Below are positions 19,482-32,467 of a stretch of DNA of 64,000 bases, piece after piece; positions within the stretch are counted from its first letter, which is position 1; every line of letters starts with the position of its first letter. The stretch spans positions 365,521 to 429,520 of the forward strand of contig CAVYBO010000002.1 in NCBI GenBank assembly GCA_963766885.1. The letters are read 5' to 3'. Source of the DNA: an uncultured bacterium. GTDB taxonomy: Bacteria > Patescibacteriota > Minisyncoccia > Phycocordibacterales > CAIRYW01. The position numbers and the translations under genes were made by a program. The notes beneath the pieces are model-generated. The model was not told where the DNA came from and made no database searches. It saw only the letters and a program-made list of their open reading frames with translations.

Positions 19482-20904
19482 CTATGCAGAAAAATCTTTG
19501 CCGATTTCAAAAAGAATTTCATCCTGCATATACGGAGCAATCAACTGAATTGCAAGCGGCAAAGGCTTGTCAGCAGAAGAATTGGGCTCTGTAAATCCAG
19601 ATGGAATTGAAATTGCCGGAGAATAAATCAAATTCGCTGGCACAGTAAAAATATCTGCTAAATACATTTCTAGCGGGTCGCTTGTTTTTTCTCCAATTTT
19701 AAATGCTGGTGTTGGAGCTGTGGGCATCAAAACTGCATCTACTATTTCAAAAGCCTTGTCAAAATCCTGCTTGATTAGAGCGCGGACAATGTTTGCTTTG
19801 CCATAATATGCATCGTAATATCCGGCAGAAAGAACATATGTTCCCAAAAGAATTCTTCGGCGCACTTCTTTGCCAAGCAATTGGCCTCGCGTTTTCATAT
19901 AATCCTGGAGTAAATTATCGCCTTCAACTAATGAACCGTAGCGCACTCCGTCGAATCGCGCCATGTTTGAAGAAATCTCAGCAAAATTAATTATGTAATA
20001 AGCTGCCAAAGAATAACTTAGATTTTTTAATTTAATATCGACAATCTCATAACCAAGATTTTGAAACTTTGAAACTCCGCTATTAAAAGATTTTAATACT
20101 TCTGAATCGATACCGCCTTGATTCATAAAGTCATATGGAACGCCAATTTTTTTCTTTAAAATAATTTTCTCTCTTGGAGATTCTTTGGACAGTCGAATCC
20201 ATTTCATCAAAGCCTTCAATCGCCTTAAACAAAATTTCTGCATCCTCAACTGTTCTTGCAATAGGTCCAATTTGATCAAATGATGAAACCGCTGCCATAA
20301 GTCCGTAACGAGACACTCTACCGTATGAAGGCTTCATTCCAACCACTCCGCAAAAAGCTGACGGCTGCCTAATTGATCCACCAGTATCGGAACCCAAAGC
20401 AACTAGCGCCATTTCTGAAGCAACAGCTGAAGCTGATCCACCAGAAGTTCCTCCAGGCACTCTGCTTGTATCGTTAGGATTCTTTGTAGTAACATATGCA
20501 GACTTTTCTGTTGACCCACCCATAGCAAACTCATCCATATTTGTGCGTCCCAAAAATACAGCTCCAGATTTTTTTAATTTTTCAATGACTGTCGCGTCAT
20601 ATGTGGCAACATAGTTTTCCAAAATTTTTGAAGCGGCAGAAACTTTTCTGCCTTTTATCAAAATATTATCTTTGACTGCAAGCGGAATTCCAAGCAGTTC
20701 TCCCTTCTCACCATTTTTTATTTTTCGGTCAGCTTCTTCCGCTTGATTGATGACATCGTCATAAATTTCCAAGTAAGCATTCAAATCAGAATTTTTGGCC
20801 TTGATTGCCTCAAGATAACTTTGTGCAAGTTGTACTGCCGTGATTTCTCGTGCATCAAGTTTTTTGCGCGCCTCTTTGATTGTTAGATTTTTGAGATCAA
20901 TCAT
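19482..20904 (-). CDS. gatA: Asp/Glu-tRNA amidotransferase subunit A (frameshift near 20185)
   Basis: Amidase signature GGTSGGSA..GSDTGGSIRQP in 20131-20904; RFDGVRYG, RRILLG, MYLADIFT in 19482-20279. Confidence 0.9.
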
Positions 20905-21185
20905 TAGATTACTTTTTTGACTTTTACAAAATTATCATCGCGTTTCGGCGCCGAAGAAAGCAGTGTTTCTGTTTCCAAACATGATTCATTTGCTTTATCA
21001 TCCTCTTGCAAATTGTTATAAATTTCTGGACCAGGAATATTCTCATTGCCCGCAATCGCAGAATCGATGCTTCCCACATATTGAAGTATGGCTCCAATCT
21101 CATTAGCCACGCTTTCCAGCTCGGCATCCGTTACCTCCAATCGCGCCAAATTTAAAAGCTTTTTTACATCATCTTTTGAAATCAT
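20904..21185 (-). CDS. gatC: Amidotransferase subunit C
   Basis: ISKDDVKKLLNLARL, FVKVKKVI; adjacent to gatA. Confidence 0.9.
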   Translation of the reverse strand: MISKDDVKKLLNLARLEVTDAELESVANEIGAILQYVGSIDSAIAGNENIPGPEIYNNLQEDDKANESCLETETLLSSAPKRDDNFVKVKKVI

Positions 21186-21208
21186 GGAAAGAGTATACCA
21201 AATATGGC

Positions 21209-23804
<2,596 letters not shown>

Positions 23805-23817
23805 ATTTTGAATGTAA

Positions 23818-24417
23818 TTAATATATTTGCCAATCATATAAAACTTCGCTAAGTGTAAATGTCCTTGTGCCGCTGTAAAGCTGTCCTCCAGACCAAGATA
23901 TTGTGGCTGTTACCAGCGCCTCATCATTGCTTCCATTGTATGGAGTTGTAACCGTTATAAGTCTGCTGAATTTTGACTGCGAAACGTCTAGATCGCCTGT
24001 AGACTCATAAGAATATAATCCTGTATCACTATTATAATTTAAATATCCGCAAGGATTACTGCTGCCAGAATTACCGCAAGCGGAGATGGGATCTACACGG
24101 CTACCTATGGATAATTGGTACAAATCAAGCTTACATCCCGGACTTTCTGCATCTGGATCATTGGCGCACATAGAAAACTCTGGCGGCCAGCCGCTAGTAT
24201 TATCGCCAAAATACATATCTCTTTTATTTCTTAAATATTCAATTCCTTCCTGCGCCAAATAATACGCCGTAATCTCATCTCTGGCATAAAAGGCTGCAAA
24301 AAGCGATTTGGCGGCAATCTGCATTGGGCCGACAATTGAAAGTAGGAGTATGGTAATTGCAACCATAACCTCTATCAAAGTAAACGCTTTTTTATTTTTT
24401 TTAAAAAAATTTTTCAT
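23818..24417 (-). CDS. PilV-like minor pilin
   Basis: AFTLIEVMVA, AYYLAQEGIEYLRN. Confidence 0.85.
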   Translation of the reverse strand: MKNFFKKNKKAFTLIEVMVAITILLLSIVGPMQIAAKSLFAAFYARDEITAYYLAQEGIEYLRNKRDMYFGDNTSGWPPEFSMCANDPDAESPGCKLDLYQLSIGSRVDPISACGNSGSSNPCGYLNYNSDTGLYSYESTGDLDVSQSKFSRLITVTTPYNGSNDEALVTATISWSGGQLYSGTRTFTLSEVLYDWQIY

Positions 24418-24425
24418 TAAGATGA

Positions 24426-25004
24426 TTAAGATGTTGGCACATTTAGCTTTCTCTGGGAAATTAAAGTTTGGATGTTAAACTCCGATTGTTCTCCGCCATT
24501 TGTTGTAGACTTGGCCTGCAGAATCATAAGTATAAGCGGCTGCCGAGGTGGCTCACCACTTGACCAGGTTCCGGTATTTTGAATATAAAAATCTAGACGG
24601 TTTACTTTTATATTAGAAGAAGTCAGGTCCTGTGTAAGATCATTGTCCTCGTCAGTCTTTGTAATTACTCCGCGCGAAGTGTCTAGGGTATAAGTAATTT
24701 GATCTCCTGCTTGTGATGAAATTGTGGAAGTGAATGTTATTGATGTACAAGCATTTCCATCCGACACTCCCGCAGAACAAGAGTAGTTATATCCTGTTCT
24801 CAAATCCCTAACCATGCTTTCTACGGAAAAGTTCATGTTGTTTATAACATCATTAAGTGACTGAGCTTTTTTGTCCGCTCCCACTATAGCAACCACTGCT
24901 CCAATGGCAACCAAAACAACCAATGCAAAGATAGTAACAGCAACCATTATTTCAATCAGTGTAAAACCTTTTGTGTATTTTGTGTTTTTATTAAAAGTAA
25001 TCAT
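24426..25004 (-). CDS. PilW-like minor pilin
   Basis: GFTLIEIMVA N-methylation motif. Confidence 0.85.
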   Translation of the reverse strand: MITFNKNTKYTKGFTLIEIMVAVTIFALVVLVAIGAVVAIVGADKKAQSLNDVINNMNFSVESMVRDLRTGYNYSCSAGVSDGNACTSITFTSTISSQAGDQITYTLDTSRGVITKTDEDNDLTQDLTSSNIKVNRLDFYIQNTGTWSSGEPPRQPLILMILQAKSTTNGGEQSEFNIQTLISQRKLNVPTS

Positions 25005-25009
25005 ATAAA

Positions 25010-25831
25010 TTAAGAACCTGGGGAATAAGTGCCGTTTGTTCCTGCGCTGCAATCGTTTGCGCCGACAGGCTCAACAGCAATTTGTCCTATTTCATCAACC
25101 TTAACTACCCGGCATTTATCTCCAAGGGAAGACTGGATAACGATTATCGCACTGTCATAAGGGCTTGGTGAAACCGATGTGGTGTCAGGTGAGCTTATAT
25201 TTATGATTGCTTCAGGATCCGGCTTTAAAAATCCTATATTAAGCGAGCTATTAGGAGAGCCGATTTTTGCACTACCGACCCCATCGGAACATAAATACCC
25301 ACCACTTATTGTTGAATGAGCGCAAAATCTTCTTATTTTCTGTCCTTGATTTAAGGTAATGTTGTCTGTAATTGAATATTCGGAAAGATTTGGAGTATAA
25401 ACAAAAGGATAAAGTGTATTTCCATCTCCATCACTATATCCAATATCAGAGAATACATAAAAGCCGCTAATCATGGCGCCATTAGTGGTTGAAAAATTAG
25501 CGCCATAGCCAGAATCTCCAACCACAAGTCTATCCTTGGAAGCCGTCCCGTATACTTGAGCTTCTCTGATTGAAAGAGCCACCTCATAAGCTGCATCTGT
25601 TACCAGAATATCGCTTGAAAATTTGGACTGCTTGATCAAAACCACAGCCGTGATAATTACAACGATAGCCACCACCACAAGCATTTCAATCAGAGTAAAT
25701 CCTTTTTGTAAATTAAAAACATCTTTCCTCGAAAAGTACGGAAATCTTTTCTGCTGAAAAGTTTCCTCGTTCTCGCGCCGGCGCGCTGCGAAAGCCTTTT
25801 CTCGGAAATTGTTTTTAATTTTCTTTATCAT
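25010..25831 (-). CDS. FimT/GspH-like minor pilin with extended leader
   Basis: GFTLIEMLVV after a 44-aa leader; IREAQVYG. Confidence 0.82.
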   Translation of the reverse strand: MIKKIKNNFREKAFAARRRENEETFQQKRFPYFSRKDVFNLQKGFTLIEMLVVVAIVVIITAVVLIKQSKFSSDILVTDAAYEVALSIREAQVYGTASKDRLVVGDSGYGANFSTTNGAMISGFYVFSDIGYSDGDGNTLYPFVYTPNLSEYSITDNITLNQGQKIRRFCAHSTISGGYLCSDGVGSAKIGSPNSSLNIGFLKPDPEAIINISSPDTTSVSPSPYDSAIIVIQSSLGDKCRVVKVDEIGQIAVEPVGANDCSAGTNGTYSPGS

Positions 25832-26649
25832 ATAATCCCTTGAAAAATCAGAGTATTAAAATTGAAAATATCGGCATTAAACATAAAAGCGATATAAAAC
25901 CCCAAAATCATAAATGGGGCAAAGGATATCGCGCTGTTCATTTTGTATTTTTTTTCCATAATTCCGATTTTTTGGATTAAAAGCACAATAATTCCATAAA
26001 TCGCCCCCAACCAAAAAGCAAACGCTACGGCCGAAAAAGATCTGGCAATACCCAAAGCAAATCCCATTCCCAAAGCAAGCTTGCCGTCGCCAAACCCTAT
26101 CCACTTTCCGTTTGACATAATCCAAAGAGAAGAAAACCCAAAAAAAATAATTGGTCCTGCTAGGAGATTTAGAATCTGCGGATATGAAAAAATTGTTGAA
26201 ATATTGATAGTATAAATAAAATATAGAAAAGCTATAAAAGAAAAGGTGTATGACAGCGAATCCGGAATAATTTGATGCTTATAATCATAAACAGCGATTG
26301 CAATCAAAATAGAAAAAGCAAAATACCAAAAAGTTATGTCGAGAACATTTATGCTCGGCAGGTTATAAAACTTCAAAAATACAGAAACAAACGCAGCGCC
26401 CGCGATAAATTCCACAATTGGATACTGCGCGGATATTTTGGACCGGCAGCATCTGGACTTGCCCCCAAGAAACAGAAAACTTAAAATCGGAATCAGGTCG
26501 TAGCTTTTGATCTCCTTGCCGCAAGACATGCAAAACGATCTGCCCATAATTCCCTTGCCTGTGCCGATGCGCAAAATTACAACGTTAAGGAAACTGCCAA
26601 TGATAGTCCCTAGGGCGAAAACAATTATGCAAAGTAATAATTCCATCAA
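25828..26649 (-). CDS. pilD: Prepilin peptidase
   Basis: GSFLNVVILR, RSFCMSC, YDYKHQIIPD, GFGDGKL, FAPF. Confidence 0.93.
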   Translation of the reverse strand: MMELLLCIIVFALGTIIGSFLNVVILRIGTGKGIMGRSFCMSCGKEIKSYDLIPILSFLFLGGKSRCCRSKISAQYPIVEFIAGAAFVSVFLKFYNLPSINVLDITFWYFAFSILIAIAVYDYKHQIIPDSLSYTFSFIAFLYFIYTINISTIFSYPQILNLLAGPIIFFGFSSLWIMSNGKWIGFGDGKLALGMGFALGIARSFSAVAFAFWLGAIYGIIVLLIQKIGIMEKKYKMNSAISFAPFMILGFYIAFMFNADIFNFNTLIFQGII

Positions 26650-26812
26650 GAATAATTATACCACAGGGGTATTTCCAATTTCTAATTCGCTGCGCTCATA
26701 AGAAATTTAGGTTTAACACGAGGCTACTTCTTGTTCTCAGTAGTAACTGATACCCGAGAGCGGTACTAATTCACTATGTTTATAAGGAAACAAAGTCGTA
26801 CTATAAAAAATA

Positions 26813-27268
26813 TTATGGCCCTTCAACAGTGTATGTATCCTTTGGGTTGTTGGTTGTGCAAGGCAGATTGCTTGCCGTTACTTCCATAACTGCGCCAATA
26901 CAATAACTAGGCACCCCATTCGTAACAGTTAGCAAATAATCATAAGGTTGTTTGGTTGAAGGATCCGCTGGTACAGTTGGTGCACCCGAGCTAGTGTTAA
27001 AATAACTTTCAAATTTTGGATCATTATAAAGAGAATAGCCGGAAGCAATACTTCCGTCAGAATTTTCACTTGGAAACAGATAGTTATTATCTTGCCAATA
27101 ATTTTGAACTGCTTCGGACAGACTTTTCAAATCACCAAGTCTGTTTGAATCTCTGGCTTTGGCTTTTGAGCTTTCTAGAGATGTTAGAACCACAGCTGAT
27201 AAAATGCCAATGATTGCGATTACGACCATAATCTCTATTAATGTAAAACCTTTTTTATTCATTTTCAA
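26813..27268 (-). CDS. Type IV pilin (GspG-like)
   Basis: GFTLIEIMVVIAIIGILS, ARDSNRLGDL, PADP. Confidence 0.9.
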   Translation of the reverse strand: MKMNKKGFTLIEIMVVIAIIGILSAVVLTSLESSKAKARDSNRLGDLKSLSEAVQNYWQDNNYLFPSENSDGSIASGYSLYNDPKFESYFNTSSGAPTVPADPSTKQPYDYLLTVTNGVPSYCIGAVMEVTASNLPCTTNNPKDTYTVEGP

Positions 27269-27271
27269 ATT

Positions 27272-27664
27272 TTATTTGCAACTTGCCGTGTTAAAAGTGC
27301 AGGTGATTGTGTTTGATCCGTTGTTTGCAGCAAAGACATAATTTTCATTAGGAGCTAGCAATCCCGAAGTTCCAGAGGTGTAGTAGTAAAAAACAGTACT
27401 TGAAAGATTAGGCCAAGTACCAGGATCTCCCGCAAGACTGCAGATGCTGCCCCCTCCGATATTAACATTAGTCGGAGCTTGAACGGCCCCACCGTCAGCA
27501 TCGCAACTAACCAAAGTCGGCATTACACCTTCCATATCAGACATTGCTGCCGCTCTTTTTGCTTTTGCTGTTGCGCTTGTAAGAGATGTAAGCACGATAG
27601 CTGACAAAATACCGATAATTGCGATTACCACTAGAAGTTCGATAAGAGTGAATCCTTCTTTCAT
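27272..27664 (-). CDS. Type IV pilin
   Basis: GFTLIELLVVIAIIGILS; four Cys. Confidence 0.92.
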   Translation of the reverse strand: MKEGFTLIELLVVIAIIGILSAIVLTSLTSATAKAKRAAAMSDMEGVMPTLVSCDADGGAVQAPTNVNIGGGSICSLAGDPGTWPNLSSTVFYYYTSGTSGLLAPNENYVFAANNGSNTITCTFNTASCK

Positions 27665-27747
27665 ATTCCGTAATTATAGACTGGCTAAACTTAAAAACAA
27701 AATGTGAATAAAGTGCCATACATTACGTAATCTGCTAAACTAATGCG

Positions 27748-29568
27748 GTGGAAGAATCGGTTTTAAAGAAATATCTTTTATGGTTGGGACCTATAATAAT
27801 TATAGTTACTTTTGTATCCTTAGCACATTTTACATGGAATACCTGGGCTGACCCTGTGGTTGATTTTGGACGAGAGGTGTATGTGCCTTGGCAGCTTAGC
27901 CAAGGAGCCGTCCTTTACAAAGACATTGCATATTTTAACGGTCCTATTTCTCCATATTTTAATGCATTAATTTTCAAAATATTCGGACCAAGCCTCCGAA
28001 CACTATTTATTACAAATCTTACACTTCTTGCAGTCTTTATTGTATTAGTCTGGAATCTTCTAAAATCTTTAGCCAACCGATTGACTGCATTTATTGGAAT
28101 AATGGTGACACTTTGTATTTTCTCTTTCGGTCAAGCGCTTGGAATAAGTAACTACAATTTTATCGCTCCATATTCCCATGAGATAACACACGGAATAATT
28201 TTATGCGTTGCAATGATTCTTTTGCTTCAAAAATGGCAAGCCAAAATGCAGGACAAATGGCTTATAGCAGCAGGTTTTTTTGCAGGCTTAGCATTTCTAA
28301 CTAAACCGGAAATAGCCTTATCAGCTCTGGTTGTGGGGGTTTGTTCAATTTTTCTCGCCTATTTTGTAAACAAAAAAGCAAAATCAGAAATTTTGCGATA
28401 CTTTGGAATATTTTTTGGTGCAGCGTTGGTACCAATTGTTATCTCCGCTCTCATTCTCTCAACACAAATGCCTTTTGTTGATGCTATCAGTGGAGTTTTA
28501 AATCCGTGGACTGGATTATTTCAATATAAAGTTTCGTCTCTTGTCTTTTATCAAGATAAAATCGGATTAAACGACCCAGTTGGAAATATCTGGACAATGG
28601 TGATAGAAACATTTAAGTGGATACTCATATTTCTACCAGCCTTTGCGTTATCTCTAATATCAAAATATGAAGATTTCATATCGCAAAATAAATCAGGTAA
28701 ATTATTTATAAAATATTCTGTGTTGATTGCCGCTGTAATATATATATTGTTATTTTATTTTATAACAAAGGATATAAACTGGTTTGAAATCGCAAGACCT
28801 CTTCCATTTTTATTAATCGCAATTTTGATATGGCTTTTTGTTTGCCTGCAAAATCCCAATAAAAGAGACTACTCCTTAAAAATGATTCCTTTTGTTTTAT
28901 TTGCTTTATTTATGATCTCAAAAATAATCCTTAATGCCGATTTAACTGATTACGGATTTACTCTAGCTCTTCCAGCAACTCTGGTTTTTATAATTACGTT
29001 TACATATTTGATCCCAAATGAGTTAGAAATGCATTCAATGAATAAAAACATATTAATTGCTACTACTTCGGTTATTTTAATATTCACTTGTTGTGTTTAT
29101 ATCTACATAACAGCTACACACATTTCTCAAAAAAAATATATTGTTGGGGAAGGGGTAAATTCTTTTAGAGCAGATTACAGAGGAGCTTTTGTAGAAGCAG
29201 CTAGAAAAAAAATCCTTGATCTAGATAACTCAACTTCAACACTCGCCGTTTTACCTGAGGGAGTAATGCTTAATTTTCTAACTGGCGAAAAGAATTCAAC
29301 ACCTTATGTTACTCTTATGCCACCAGAGATGATACTTTTTGGAGAAAATAATATACTAAATTCATTTGAGAAAAACCCTCCAGACAAAATATTATTAATT
29401 CATATTGATACTAGCGAATATGGATATCCGTTTTTTGGGCAAGAGTATTACGGAGTAGGAATAATGGATTGGATAAAATCAACTTATAATCCACTAGGAA
29501 CTTTTGGCGATAAGCCTTTGGTTAGCGGATCGACTTTTGGGATAGAAATTTTACAAAAGAAAAATTAA
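27748..29568 (+). CDS. Polytopic GT-C-fold glycosyltransferase (PMT/ArnT-like)
   Basis: DFGRE, LYKDIAYFNGP in first loop; GLAFLTKPE; about 12 TM helices. Confidence 0.75.
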   Translation: MEESVLKKYLLWLGPIIIIVTFVSLAHFTWNTWADPVVDFGREVYVPWQLSQGAVLYKDIAYFNGPISPYFNALIFKIFGPSLRTLFITNLTLLAVFIVLVWNLLKSLANRLTAFIGIMVTLCIFSFGQALGISNYNFIAPYSHEITHGIILCVAMILLLQKWQAKMQDKWLIAAGFFAGLAFLTKPEIALSALVVGVCSIFLAYFVNKKAKSEILRYFGIFFGAALVPIVISALILSTQMPFVDAISGVLNPWTGLFQYKVSSLVFYQDKIGLNDPVGNIWTMVIETFKWILIFLPAFALSLISKYEDFISQNKSGKLFIKYSVLIAAVIYILLFYFITKDINWFEIARPLPFLLIAILIWLFVCLQNPNKRDYSLKMIPFVLFALFMISKIILNADLTDYGFTLALPATLVFIITFTYLIPNELEMHSMNKNILIATTSVILIFTCCVYIYITATHISQKKYIVGEGVNSFRADYRGAFVEAARKKILDLDNSTSTLAVLPEGVMLNFLTGEKNSTPYVTLMPPEMILFGENNILNSFEKNPPDKILLIHIDTSEYGYPFFGQEYYGVGIMDWIKSTYNPLGTFGDKPLVSGSTFGIEILQKKN

Positions 29569-29593
29569 AAAGCCCCTATTAAGGGGCTTTTTA
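29567..29593. terminator. Bidirectional terminator
   Basis: AAAAAGCCCCT-ATTA-AGGGGCTTTTT between convergent genes. Confidence 0.8.
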
Positions 29594-29614
29594 ATTTTTG
29601 AGCAATTTTTAAAT

Positions 29615-30028
29615 TTAACTACAAACCGTAGTGTTGAAGTTACAAACAATATTGGTCTGTCCACTTGGTCCCACAGCATTGAACTGATAATTTCCATTTT
29701 GGATACTAAGACCTCCTGAGTAACCATTATAACTCCAACCAGTTGTAAGAGCTGGCCAAGTTGCAGTATGACCAGGAGCAAGAGTAGTATTAGCAGAGCC
29801 TTGCGTGCAAATATTACCACTAACAGTAGGGGCTGCATTGTTGACTACATACATACTATCACCATCACAACTTTCTAACTCAGGCATTACACCTTCCATT
29901 GTAGAAAGTGCTGCGGCTCTTCTAGCTTTTGCTGTTGCGCTTGTAAGAGATGTAAGCACGATAGCTGACAAAATACCGATAATTGCGATTACCACGAGAA
30001 GTTCGATGAGTGTAAAACCTTTTTTCAT
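29615..30028 (-). CDS. Type IV pilin
   Basis: GFTLIELLVVIAIIGILS; paralog of 27272-27664. Confidence 0.92.
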   Translation of the reverse strand: MKKGFTLIELLVVIAIIGILSAIVLTSLTSATAKARRAAALSTMEGVMPELESCDGDSMYVVNNAAPTVSGNICTQGSANTTLAPGHTATWPALTTGWSYNGYSGGLSIQNGNYQFNAVGPSGQTNIVCNFNTTVCS

Positions 30029-30120
30029 ATAAATGCGATCTAAAAACTTAATAATGATTAACTTGCTTATAATTATACACTAATTGAAAGAATACAATGT
30101 TTGATTGTGGATAACTAAAA

Positions 30121-31890
30121 TCAGCTTTTGATTTCATAGATATAGTAATAGCCGCTTTCCGTATAGACTTTTTTAAATTCTCCGCTTAAATCCAAAACAT
30201 CATTTAAAGCCAGATAATCTTTTGATGTGACAATGTATTTTGACTTAAAATCATCCTCCAAAACTTTTTTGATTTGCTTGCCTTCGTTCACAAAATAGCT
30301 TTTGTTTTTTAATGGATTGTTCAAAGCCAGTTCGGAAGCATCATCCTCACTTGGGCAATTTTCTGTGGAGCAAACATATCCATTGCTTCCAATATGAATC
30401 CACAGCCAATAAAGCTTTGGACTGTAGTTGTATAAAAATCTCGGCTCTAATCCTGCAATGTAATTGTTGTATGGATCGTTGTAATAGAGCTGCGGAAACC
30501 AATCCCAAGTGACATTAAAAATTATATCCCCTTTATTTGTATGAGTCTCAAGCCAATTTCCGATTTCTGAAAAAGTATAAGGGGGCGCTCCAGACGCAAG
30601 CATCTGATCCAAACTTACAAAATTGGCAACAAAAAGATAAATCGAAACGCATATTATGGCTGCAAACTGGCTTTGTTTGATATATTTTTTTGTTATTGAA
30701 ATATAAGAAAGTGTGTAATCAAACACCAAGACAACATAAAGACCGACAAAGAACACGAAGAAGTCATTAAACCTTGTGCTGGCTGCAATTGTCCCCAAAA
30801 AAAACAAGAGCGTCAGAGTAAAAAGCGTGCCCCTCAAGACATTTCTGTTATCCTTTGCCGATAAAGCCGCCTCATCCAGATCTTCATTGCCTCTTAAATA
30901 TAAATACTGCCCTATTTCAATAAATACGGCTATTATCATAAATACAAACATAAACGCATTGTCTTTAATAAAATCAAAAAAATTCATAGGGTAAAGTTCG
31001 CTTCCTTCCTGAATATTCACTTTCTTCCCCAAAATAGTATCTACATAAATTTTAAAAATATTGTCGTACGAATAAAGCAAGAAATTTGATCCTGCCAGAT
31101 AGCAGACCGCAATTGCCAGAGCTGTGCCTCCAAGCATCGCCCAAAGCAGAGAAAACTGAGGTTTATTTTTATAAAACGCTTCAAAAACCAGGTAGACAGG
31201 CACAATAATTATTGGAAAGAAAAACGTTGCGCTGTGCCAGAGAACATAAACGAAACTCAATACAAAAACCCAAAGCCACTTTTTCTTGTGGCACGCCAAA
31301 AGCATAAGCATCAGTATTGCGGGAGCCAAAGCGTAAGGACGAGAGAGTAGAAATCTCCAAATGCTTGAATATCCGGTAAAAGCAAATACAAACAGAGTCC
31401 AAAGAAATGCGTATTTGATTGAAAATTTTTTTATACACCAATACAAAACCGCAAAAATCAGTGACGCCGCAAAAACGGCATAAAGTTTTATTCCCAAAAA
31501 CAATGGCTGAATATACGTAAACGGAATAATAGCCAAATAAAAAAGAAAATTATGATAAAGGAAGTAGCTTTTATTTATGACAATCTTTGAAAAGTAAATT
31601 GCTGTAAAATTTTTAAAGGCGTTAATCAACCCATCGTCTCGAACCACTTGGGCAAAGCGAAAATGGAAAAAATGGTCATCGCTTGTGACCAAAGTAACCA
31701 CTGAAAAATATACAACATCGAAACAAATAAAAAATAAGCTGAAAACAAGTAGAAATTGAATATACGGATGGTCAAGAAGAAACTGGTAGGATCTTTTTAA
31801 AAAAGTTTTTAGGTCTTCATAAATGTCTCTGCTCATATTGCCCAAATACTGTTTATTGAATATTTTATTCATTGATACAAAATTTACCAT
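30121..31890 (-). CDS. Polytopic membrane protein, probable GT-C glycosyltransferase
   Basis: DDHFFH first loop, SRP, GSEL, many TM helices, C-terminal TWDWFPQLYY..GLEP domain. Confidence 0.65.
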   Translation of the reverse strand: MVNFVSMNKIFNKQYLGNMSRDIYEDLKTFLKRSYQFLLDHPYIQFLLVFSLFFICFDVVYFSVVTLVTSDDHFFHFRFAQVVRDDGLINAFKNFTAIYFSKIVINKSYFLYHNFLFYLAIIPFTYIQPLFLGIKLYAVFAASLIFAVLYWCIKKFSIKYAFLWTLFVFAFTGYSSIWRFLLSRPYALAPAILMLMLLACHKKKWLWVFVLSFVYVLWHSATFFFPIIIVPVYLVFEAFYKNKPQFSLLWAMLGGTALAIAVCYLAGSNFLLYSYDNIFKIYVDTILGKKVNIQEGSELYPMNFFDFIKDNAFMFVFMIIAVFIEIGQYLYLRGNEDLDEAALSAKDNRNVLRGTLFTLTLLFFLGTIAASTRFNDFFVFFVGLYVVLVFDYTLSYISITKKYIKQSQFAAIICVSIYLFVANFVSLDQMLASGAPPYTFSEIGNWLETHTNKGDIIFNVTWDWFPQLYYNDPYNNYIAGLEPRFLYNYSPKLYWLWIHIGSNGYVCSTENCPSEDDASELALNNPLKNKSYFVNEGKQIKKVLEDDFKSKYIVTSKDYLALNDVLDLSGEFKKVYTESGYYYIYEIKS

Positions 31891-31904
31891 ACATCCATAA
31901 AAAC

Positions 31905-31934
31905 AGAAAACCCTCCGCCTGGGCGAAGGGTTTT
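31905..31934 (-). terminator. Intrinsic terminator after pilin
   Basis: AAAACCCT..CGCC/GGCG..AGGGTTTT hairpin. Confidence 0.7.
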
Positions 31935-31956
31935 GGTTTTAAAATCTATAAAAGAT

Positions 31957-32325
31957 TTAGCAAGGGTTAGTGTAAGTTACGCCAGACTGTGTGACATATC
32001 CAGTACCGCAAGCGCTAATGACATCACTAGCAAGAGCGTTGAATCCTACGTTGAACGTCTGATTTCCTGTTGAACCGCAATCTTGAGTCACTATATTTCC
32101 ATTATCATGAGTTGGAGTGCTTGGAACATCAGTGTTAGCAATGTTTGCTGAATCGCAAACTGTGATAAGAGATGGCTGAACTGATGAAAGTTCGCTTTTA
32201 AAAGCAGCAATTTTTGCCTTTGATCTTGCGCCGTTTAGAGAAGTAAGGACAACAGCAGACAAGATACCGATGATTGCAATCACAACTAGAAGTTCGATAA
32301 GTGTAAAACCTTTATTTTTTGACAT
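31957..32325 (-). CDS. Type IV pilin (likely major pilin)
   Basis: GFTLIELLVVIAIIGILS; own promoter and terminator. Confidence 0.92.
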   Translation of the reverse strand: MSKNKGFTLIELLVVIAIIGILSAVVLTSLNGARSKAKIAAFKSELSSVQPSLITVCDSANIANTDVPSTPTHDNGNIVTQDCGSTGNQTFNVGFNALASDVISACGTGYVTQSGVTYTNPC

Positions 32326-32467
32326 TTTCTTATAATAAATTCTTTTAATATGTGCCGCTTAGTTCGACGAAGCGGTTGTTTTCTTTGACCCTCGATTTTT
32401 CAAGGTATTAATAATTATATCAGTAAATTAATATTTAAAAGCCCGGGGTGTGGAAAAGTCCCAATAT

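Noticed and set aside
19482-20904. gatA as a true pseudogene
   Set aside because: One frameshift, all catalytic motifs intact, gene normally essential; sequencing error is more likely
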